From an uncultured virus (IMG/VR IMGVR_UViG_3300030376_004046) (taxonomy: Duplodnaviria > Heunggongvirae > Uroviricota > Caudoviricetes): 64,000 nt of DNA. Location: IMG/VR virus record IMGVR_UViG_3300030376_004046, positions 1-64,000 of that record; one strand, given 5' to 3'. The notes beneath the pieces are model-generated. The model was not told the origin of the DNA. It did no database searches and saw only the letters and a program-made list of their open reading frames with translations. Every line of letters starts with the position of its first letter. Position 1 is the stretch's first letter. Below, piece after piece: positions 57,079-64,000 of this stretch. Made by a program: the position numbers and the translations under genes.

Positions 57079-60000
57079 ATGGCAATAGATTGTTTAGATT
57101 GTAAAATAGTTATATCAAACACCTCAGGCGTTTTGGGTGGCCCAATAACTTTTACAGATCCATTTACTGGTCTTTCTAACACAGTTTCATATCCTTATTT
57201 TGAACCAGGTGAGGTTGCAAAATATGACAATTTGTTTTGGATAAAATGTCCTTATTTTCCAACACCAAACAATCCTTTTGCAGGTGGTGAACAAATAAAA
57301 AGATTTGTAATTACAGAGAGTGACTGTACTCTTGGGCATGCTGACACTGGACCAACATCTGTTATATGGACTCCTAATAATAATCCATTAGGTATTACTT
57401 CTACAGGTAAAGGTATGTGCGCTAAAAATGCAACAACATTAATAATAGGTAGTGTATCTTTAAACTTGGGTACTGATTGGCTTTGTGAGGTAGATGTAAG
57501 TGGTTCCACAGCGGTGGTAACACCTTTGTTTCAAGCTGGAGGTTTTATAAACGGAGACATTGTTTATATACCTTCTACTGATACAATAGTCGCTACTGTA
57601 GACACAGGTTCAGGTTTAACTTTTGCTATTCACTATGACATGAATGGTAACGTTTTGGGCCAAAGTTCTTTAAATTTAATAGGTACAAATCCAGATTCTG
57701 TTTTTTCTCAAGATGATGATGTTTATATCTGTACTAATAATAACATATTTCAATTTGATTTATCTTCTTATACGTTAAATCCTTCTATATTAACTAATGT
57801 CGGTGCGGGTGTTACTGATACTGGTAGTCATCCAGAGTGTTATATTAAAGATTTTTGTTATGAAATAGGTGATGTAACAAGCACGTTTAACGGTGGGGCA
57901 GGTGGTATTGTTTTTGCTACACCGTTTACTGGTTTAAATCAAACGCCTTTTTATTATGAAGTAGCTTTTGATGATTTAGCTACGGGTACCACGCCTATAA
58001 ATACCGTATTCACTGATGATTCATTTCCTTTTTCACAATATAACTCTCCAGATGGACAAGTTCAATGTGGTGAAGAAATATTTGCTGGTTCCTTGGGTAC
58101 ACCTATATACAAACCGTGGGATCTTTTAGGTGCTGAATTTGGTTCTTACAATAACGGTTTAACAATACCCACCTCAACTGATTTTGGCACCGGTGATGTT
58201 AATACATTTAACATTTTAAATCACCCTGCCACACCTACTTTCCCTACACACGATATAGCTGCTTATTTATGTTCAAACTACATATTTAATGGAACTAAAG
58301 GTTGGTTTTTACCGTCGTTAATGGAGTTTCATTTATTAGCTACTAATCTTGGGCCTGGAACTCCTTTTGAAAATGATTTAAATTTAGACACTAATTTTAG
58401 TAGATTACAAAACACTTATTGGACTTCTTCTGAGGTTAATGGTAAAATACTTAACCCTCTTTATCCCGACACATCTCTTAAATATATAGGAGGTCCAGAC
58501 GATTTTAAATCAGATCCTTTCGCTTGGGGTTATACAGCTGTTAACCCAACTCCTCCATATAGTGCTTCTACTTTTACTCCAGGACCTCATGTTTTTGCTA
58601 GATGTAATACTCTTTCTGTAAGAGCTATAAGAAAATTTGAGTGTGTAGAGCCAGAACCTACTCCAGAAATTCCTTTCAATTGGGTAGATGATGTACAGTA
58701 CAGACAAAACAAAATTCAGCAAGAATTTAGTATGTCAACTGGTATAAATCTTGCTGGTAGCGCTGCTAGTAACTGGAGTAGAACAATGTTAACCGGTCCT
58801 AGTAAACTTGCACCATCTTTAGACCCATCAACTTGGGTTACTAGTGAATATGAATTTGATGCTGTTATTGGATTAGAAGAATTTAGATGGGCTGTAAGTG
58901 CTACAGATGTAGCTGGTAATAAATATGACGTAGGCGATTTTAGTGATTTTAATAACCCAGATGGTTATAAGTTTAAATTTTATACAGCTGACAAGGTATT
59001 TTTAGGGGAATGGCATTATCAAAATTGTGAAGTAAAACAACCAGGTATGCAGCATAATATCTTTGATAATCCTGTATACTCTTTTGCTAACGCACCTTGG
59101 TTTGATGATACGGTGTTTCCAGGTAGAATATCTTTAATATTTACAAACCCTACACATATTAGTGGAGATTATCCAATTGTTTCATATGGTTTTTATGATT
59201 CTGTTTGGGGTCAAGGTGAATCTAGAGGTAGAAAAGTAGATAATTCATGTGCAACGTGTTGTAACGATGCAATACATGTGTTAGCAGATCCTTCAGTACC
59301 TTTACAAGGATATACTAGGTCTCATTTTCCGTACTTACCAGATCCTAAGTTTCATTATGCTTATGATAATGAATATGAAGAAGGAACTTTTCAAGGTACT
59401 ACTGGTAGTTATGCTTTTATTCATTTTAGTTGTAAAATGGCTGATCAAAAAACAATACCTTTGCCTGATATGAACACTGGCACCAACACTACAACAAATG
59501 CTAAAAATGTTATTTGTCTTAAAGAACCTTTTAATGATATAAAACAAACACCAGGACAAAACGTTTTGGCTGAAAAAACAAGTGGACACATAGGTACCGC
59601 TTATCCACTTACTAGAGACTACGGAGATGATTGCCAGGGCAATTGGATAGGTTTACAACCTTCGTCTTTTAACACTAATATTTATTCAAACTATGCTTTA
59701 TCAGGTAGTAACCCACCTGTAACTTTAGGTTTAATCGGTGCGCCAACTAACCCGAATGGGAGTTATGGGGTAGGTACTTTAAGTACGTTAAGATCTATTA
59801 ATAAACCATTCTTTCCAAAACATTTTTTATGGACTTGGCATGCTGTTTTTGACCCAAATCAATTTACAAATAATTTAACACCAATTTTTGATAATTTTTT
59901 AGATGGTTTAGATTCAGGTTGTAGTCATGGTTGTAGTTACGATGTAGGAGACACGGGTCCAGCAGGAGGTATTATTTGTGCTGTTCCATATATGAATGTT

Positions 60001-61503
60001 AATGATACTTCAAATGCTATTTACGGTCCTATTGTACCGCCTATACAAGGTAATGTAACTTTAGTTAACCCAACTAATTTTTACTATGAATTATCGCCTG
60101 TAAACTTAAATACACCATCTACATCTAGTTACACTAACTATCCACAATGGGGTTCTCAAGACATTATAAATGGTATAGATATAAATGTTGCTTTTGATCC
60201 TAATTATGCTGGTTTATGGGCCTTTGACTCTAGTTTATATGATTATTTTGGTACCGGTCCAAACTTACTTGATTATCCATCTGGCCCACTAAATGACAGT
60301 TGGGAAATGGAACAAGTTGGTCAAGGAAAAATTACACATGATGCAATGATTGCTGTTAACAATGGTAATCCTGTACTTACTTTACCTACAAACCCCGCAA
60401 ATCCACCAGGTGATTATTACAATGCTTTTGAGGCGTGTGATAATTATACTTTAAATAATTTTGATGATTGGTTTTTACCAAACGTAAGAGAAATGGAGTT
60501 TGCTAGAAGTTACACGCCACCAGGAACATTACATAATTCACTTGGCGCTTATACAGCTTCTATTACTTGGAATACAGGTTCTAGTGAAACTAGTTATTGG
60601 ACATCTAATACCGCTAAAGGAAATCCAAACTCTTTTTATGCCCCATCAAACTATACTAGTGGAAGTCAGTTTCCTATGACAGCAGCCCAAACCACTTTTC
60701 ATGAAAACTCCGGTGGTACAGCTTATATACCACAAAACTATCAATTTGTAAACTATGTAAGTGGAGGATTTGCGCTTAATTACGGTTATGTAGTTGCATC
60801 TGATCCTTTAGTTGAAGCAAATCCAATAGATAATCCCATAGGTCCTGGTTGGAGAACTCCTAGTAGTAGAATTAATAGACATAATGTTAGAGCAATGCGT
60901 AGATTTACCTGTCCACCACCCGCTGTAGTGGGTGCAGAAAAATATACTTGGTCTTTATGTGCTTATAAAGATACTAGCGGGGTAATTAATTTTTTCCCTG
61001 GTCCTTGGGTTGTTGGTTCTGTTTATGATCAAGGCCCAGTAGTTATGGATAATATAGGTTCTAATGCGTTTGCAGATGATTGGGTAGCTGATGTTCAAAC
61101 TACTTTAGGTGTATCTGTAATGCCAGGACAGGTTGTTGGGGTTAATTTTTCACCACCTTTACCAGGTGGTATGACAGATTTATATATTAAATTTGAAGGT
61201 TTAAGTTTACCTTGGGATGAAAAATTAGAAATAACAGGTTTATTAGCAACACCAGTTACCACTGTTACATACACATTACACCAAGACTGTGATACTGCTA
61301 TCTATGGAGTATCTATAGTTGATCCTGATGATACAAGCACCGCTCGTTTACAAGCGCCTGATGTTAAATTTAAAAAGAGAGTAACTACAACGGAAATTAT
61401 AAATGAAGAGCAAAAAAAGGAAAATAGAGATATAATAGAAAAAAACAGAGAAAACAAAAATATAATAAGAAAAAATGGACAAAATGATAAGCGGACATAT
61501 TAG
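57079..61503 (+). CDS. Large adhesin/receptor-binding-like protein with two DUF1566 (Lcl C-terminal)-like domains
   Basis: Two copies of Y.(I/V)GD...AGGI...A...C..Y..N....WFLP...E...YWTS...VRA.R.F. Confidence 0.7.
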   Translation: MAIDCLDCKIVISNTSGVLGGPITFTDPFTGLSNTVSYPYFEPGEVAKYDNLFWIKCPYFPTPNNPFAGGEQIKRFVITESDCTLGHADTGPTSVIWTPNNNPLGITSTGKGMCAKNATTLIIGSVSLNLGTDWLCEVDVSGSTAVVTPLFQAGGFINGDIVYIPSTDTIVATVDTGSGLTFAIHYDMNGNVLGQSSLNLIGTNPDSVFSQDDDVYICTNNNIFQFDLSSYTLNPSILTNVGAGVTDTGSHPECYIKDFCYEIGDVTSTFNGGAGGIVFATPFTGLNQTPFYYEVAFDDLATGTTPINTVFTDDSFPFSQYNSPDGQVQCGEEIFAGSLGTPIYKPWDLLGAEFGSYNNGLTIPTSTDFGTGDVNTFNILNHPATPTFPTHDIAAYLCSNYIFNGTKGWFLPSLMEFHLLATNLGPGTPFENDLNLDTNFSRLQNTYWTSSEVNGKILNPLYPDTSLKYIGGPDDFKSDPFAWGYTAVNPTPPYSASTFTPGPHVFARCNTLSVRAIRKFECVEPEPTPEIPFNWVDDVQYRQNKIQQEFSMSTGINLAGSAASNWSRTMLTGPSKLAPSLDPSTWVTSEYEFDAVIGLEEFRWAVSATDVAGNKYDVGDFSDFNNPDGYKFKFYTADKVFLGEWHYQNCEVKQPGMQHNIFDNPVYSFANAPWFDDTVFPGRISLIFTNPTHISGDYPIVSYGFYDSVWGQGESRGRKVDNSCATCCNDAIHVLADPSVPLQGYTRSHFPYLPDPKFHYAYDNEYEEGTFQGTTGSYAFIHFSCKMADQKTIPLPDMNTGTNTTTNAKNVICLKEPFNDIKQTPGQNVLAEKTSGHIGTAYPLTRDYGDDCQGNWIGLQPSSFNTNIYSNYALSGSNPPVTLGLIGAPTNPNGSYGVGTLSTLRSINKPFFPKHFLWTWHAVFDPNQFTNNLTPIFDNFLDGLDSGCSHGCSYDVGDTGPAGGIICAVPYMNVNDTSNAIYGPIVPPIQGNVTLVNPTNFYYELSPVNLNTPSTSSYTNYPQWGSQDIINGIDINVAFDPNYAGLWAFDSSLYDYFGTGPNLLDYPSGPLNDSWEMEQVGQGKITHDAMIAVNNGNPVLTLPTNPANPPGDYYNAFEACDNYTLNNFDDWFLPNVREMEFARSYTPPGTLHNSLGAYTASITWNTGSSETSYWTSNTAKGNPNSFYAPSNYTSGSQFPMTAAQTTFHENSGGTAYIPQNYQFVNYVSGGFALNYGYVVASDPLVEANPIDNPIGPGWRTPSSRINRHNVRAMRRFTCPPPAVVGAEKYTWSLCAYKDTSGVINFFPGPWVVGSVYDQGPVVMDNIGSNAFADDWVADVQTTLGVSVMPGQVVGVNFSPPLPGGMTDLYIKFEGLSLPWDEKLEITGLLATPVTTVTYTLHQDCDTAIYGVSIVDPDDTSTARLQAPDVKFKKRVTTTEIINEEQKKENRDIIEKNRENKNIIRKNGQNDKRTY

Positions 61504-61939
61504 TTATAAAGAAAGCGTGTATAGCACAACTGCTTTACGTAGAGGTATAGATAACAAACCTAATGAAGAGCAATTAGCAAACATGAAATTAATTGGTGAA
61601 AAAATATTTGAACCACTTAGAGAATATGTTGGTGGACCTATAAAAATAAATAGCTTTTTTAGAGGTAAAGAGTTAAACAAGGCTATTGGTGGTAGTAATA
61701 GATCACAACATTGCAAAGGCCAAGCTATGGATATTGATGACACGTTTGGTTATAAAACAAATGCACAAATGTATGATTTTATAAAACATAATTTAGATTT
61801 TGATCAAATGATATGGGAGTTTGGTAATGATGATAATCCTAACTGGGTACATATCAGTTATGTTTCACCTAATAAAAATAGACAGGTTTGTTTAAAAGCA
61901 TATAAACAAAACGGTAGAACTAAATACATGGTTATATAA
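61475..61939 (+). CDS. Peptidase M15 endolysin
   Basis: INSFFR...NKAIGGS..SQH..GQAMD...WVHISY. Confidence 0.85.
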   Translation: MDKMISGHISYKESVYSTTALRRGIDNKPNEEQLANMKLIGEKIFEPLREYVGGPIKINSFFRGKELNKAIGGSNRSQHCKGQAMDIDDTFGYKTNAQMYDFIKHNLDFDQMIWEFGNDDNPNWVHISYVSPNKNRQVCLKAYKQNGRTKYMVI

Positions 61940-63600
61940 TGGACAATAGATTAATGACACTAGCAGGTTTATCACCTTTAAAACAAGATGATAACAAAGA
62001 AGAAGTAAGAACTTATGAACTAATGGATTTTGATGATCTTATTATTAGACAACAGTTTAATGAATCAAGATTTAAATCAGATGCAGTTAGTCCTGCCGGT
62101 GCTATTAGCATTGCACAAATAACTAAACAAACTTTTAATGAGGGTATAAAAAATGGTTACGTTCCAAAAGATACTAAATTTGAAGATTTAGCAAAAGATG
62201 ATGCTTTAGCAGAAAAATTCCAAAGAGCATACATAAAAGATTTAATGACTAGATCTTGGAATAAAGGTTCTGATGTGGTTAAACAAGCAAAAGCTTTAGC
62301 TGCATATAACATGGGTCCTACTAGACTTGTAAATATACTTAATGAAATGAAAGCAGATGGTATAGATATATATAGTGATGATATGTTATGGGTGGCAAAA
62401 TTACCAGAGTATCACAAGCACTTAAAAGGAACTAAAAAAGGAGAAAGTATAATTGAATCAATGAATTATGTTGAAAATATAATGCTAGGTGGAGATGAGA
62501 TATACGAAAACAATTACAAAAGATTATATGATGAAAGATTTCCAGAAGAAGAAGTAATAGAAGAAGAAAAAGAACTTAGTTTTTTTGAAAAAATGATGGA
62601 AGCTATGAAAGATGTTAAAGCCAAACAACAAAAAACAGAGGGTTCTTTAATGAAACTAAAAGATCCTTATACTGGTGAAAAAATGTTTGAGTCACCTATA
62701 AAAAATATTACTGTAAATCCTATATCAGGTTTATCACCTTTCAAACAAGCAGAAGAAGAAAGTTTTTTAGATAAATTACCTTCATATACTGATATGTTTG
62801 ATGTAAAAGCTTTAATAAGAAAACAACTAGCTAAAAATTTATATCCAGTTGGATACACAGGAAGATATGGAAGTGGTGTTGGATTTGGTGAAAGATTTTT
62901 TAATGCTTTGTTTGGTAGTGAAGATGAAAAAGATTATGCTAATAGTAATACATCTTATAATGATATTGATAGTTATTATAAACGTACAGGATTAGATCCA
63001 TCTAGAGATCTTGATTTTATTGCAGAAAAAGAACGTATGGATTTATTACAAATGGTAATGGGTCAAGAACAAAAATATAATACAATACAACCTTCTAGAT
63101 ATAAACCAACTGTAGGCCATGAAAAAGGTGATAAATATTATCGATCAAAAGCAACAGAAATATCTATAAGAAAAAGTTTAGAAAGTAATTATGTAGAAAG
63201 TGAATATGATACACTTGGTATGACTAATATATATAGAGAATTACAAAAACAAAAACCTAATAAAAAAGGTATTAAAAGCATATCAAAACGATTAGAGTTT
63301 TTAGGCGAATATAATAGTTTAGGAAATACTACATTTAGTTTAGGTGAAGATGAAAAAGGAAAGTATATTTCTTATTATGACGTATGGGATTTAGATCCTA
63401 CACTTGAAAAAACAGATAGTGGAATTTTTGTTAATTATCTTGGTTCTACCGATAATAATGCATTAGATAAAATAATATCATCAATTATTGATGGTGCAAG
63501 TATTTCAAATATATTAGATTTAACACCTCCAAAAATTTATGGAAGAGTTTATTTGAAAGAAGTTTTATCTGAAGATCAGATAAAAGAATTAACTAAATAA
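61939..63600 (+). CDS. Lytic transglycosylase (SLT-like) domain fused to an unknown C-terminal domain
   Basis: NESRFKSDAVSPAGAISIAQI and ALAAYNMGP. Confidence 0.75.
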   Translation: MDNRLMTLAGLSPLKQDDNKEEVRTYELMDFDDLIIRQQFNESRFKSDAVSPAGAISIAQITKQTFNEGIKNGYVPKDTKFEDLAKDDALAEKFQRAYIKDLMTRSWNKGSDVVKQAKALAAYNMGPTRLVNILNEMKADGIDIYSDDMLWVAKLPEYHKHLKGTKKGESIIESMNYVENIMLGGDEIYENNYKRLYDERFPEEEVIEEEKELSFFEKMMEAMKDVKAKQQKTEGSLMKLKDPYTGEKMFESPIKNITVNPISGLSPFKQAEEESFLDKLPSYTDMFDVKALIRKQLAKNLYPVGYTGRYGSGVGFGERFFNALFGSEDEKDYANSNTSYNDIDSYYKRTGLDPSRDLDFIAEKERMDLLQMVMGQEQKYNTIQPSRYKPTVGHEKGDKYYRSKATEISIRKSLESNYVESEYDTLGMTNIYRELQKQKPNKKGIKSISKRLEFLGEYNSLGNTTFSLGEDEKGKYISYYDVWDLDPTLEKTDSGIFVNYLGSTDNNALDKIISSIIDGASISNILDLTPPKIYGRVYLKEVLSEDQIKELTK

Positions 63601-63630
63601 AAAAAAGGGAGCATAGCTCCCTTTATTATT
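63599..63630. terminator. Bidirectional intrinsic terminator between the convergent arms
   Basis: A-run, AAAGGGAGC-ata-GCTCCCTTT, then ATTATT. Confidence 0.85.
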
Positions 63631-64000
63631 ATAAATTAGTTATCTCACAACTACCACCACTACAAGCTAGTTCACCTGATAAATCTGTTTCGTCTGTAGT
63701 TTCTGTGATGTTAGATAAATCTACATCATTTAAACTTTTAACTCTTTTATTAAACTCTGTTTTAGTAATATCTTCAAACGGTGCTTGAGTATAAGTACCA
63801 CCATCGTAAGGTAAAACAGATAAACCATTATACTTATCTCTATTTTCCCACATCCACTCACCTGCTTTTTTCCAGTCTTCTTTCTTTAAACTAATAGTCG
63901 CAGATACATTATGTGTGTTACTACCTTTTCTGTGACCAGGTTTAACCCACTCTGTAGCTACTTTTTTTACACGTTTAAGTAAATCAAACGCAGACTCAGT
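63629..64000 (-). CDS. nrdJ: Class II (B12-dependent) ribonucleotide reductase, C-terminal part
   Basis: Frame open from the window end: THNVSATISLK...NGLSVLP...YTQAPFEDIT...ELACSGGSCEI with a C-terminal Cys pair. Confidence 0.85.
   Translation of the reverse strand, partial: TESAFDLLKRVKKVATEWVKPGHRKGSNTHNVSATISLKKEDWKKAGEWMWENRDKYNGLSVLPYDGGTYTQAPFEDITKTEFNKRVKSLNDVDLSNITETTDETDLSGELACSGGSCEITNL

Noticed and set aside
57079..61503. Diversity-generating retroelement
   Set aside because: No reverse transcriptase or template/variable repeat pair was seen in the window.
906..62858. Many antisense or nested ORFs in the track (e.g. 10000-10323, 21660-22088, 43903-44427, 7331-7516)
   Set aside because: They are shadows of real genes or regulatory DNA, with no recognisable motifs.
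1..64000. Stop-codon reassignment as in some crAss-like phages
   Set aside because: Long genes are intact in the standard code, and TAG and TGA end genes at sensible boundaries.

Overview
This window is part of an AT-rich tailed dsDNA phage genome, most likely a podovirus-like phage of marine Bacteroidota (Flavobacteriia). The host inference rests on AT-rich leaders lacking Shine-Dalgarno sites, Gln-rule signal peptides and T9SS-like C-terminal sorting tails. Two gene arms diverge from a GC-rich non-coding island at about 7.3-7.7 kb, which is probably the physical genome end. The minus arm (7.3 kb to 1) has small early genes, a TraR/DksA-like Zn finger, a DenV-like glycosylase, an HTH protein, a sigma-70-family factor, ERF, a RecE-like exonuclease and a probable SSB. 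The plus arm (7.7-63.6 kb) has GroEL/GroES, holins, terminase, portal, scaffold, major capsid, tail proteins, ejection proteins including a 3225-aa polyprotein, exported proteins, fibres and lysins. It meets a class II RNR gene at a bidirectional terminator. The main hypotheses from reading the sequence are: (1) a two-tier transcription cascade, with eight copies of one promoter motif before the early genes, four copies of a second motif, a free sigma gene and a sigma-region-2-like domain inside the giant protein between repeated QFSK-like junctions next to an HEXXH protease; (2) an envelope module of T9SS-type cargo, an outer-membrane beta-barrel and a redox-dead thioredoxin; (3) a shared MAFKMK/SP-h-K tag on many small proteins. 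Smaller oddities include a D-arm-less tRNA-like RNA, a nearly C-free strand at the putative entry end and a GroEL lacking about 35 residues. All calls come from motif recognition by eye; no searches were run. Two N10 gaps show this is a scaffolded assembly.
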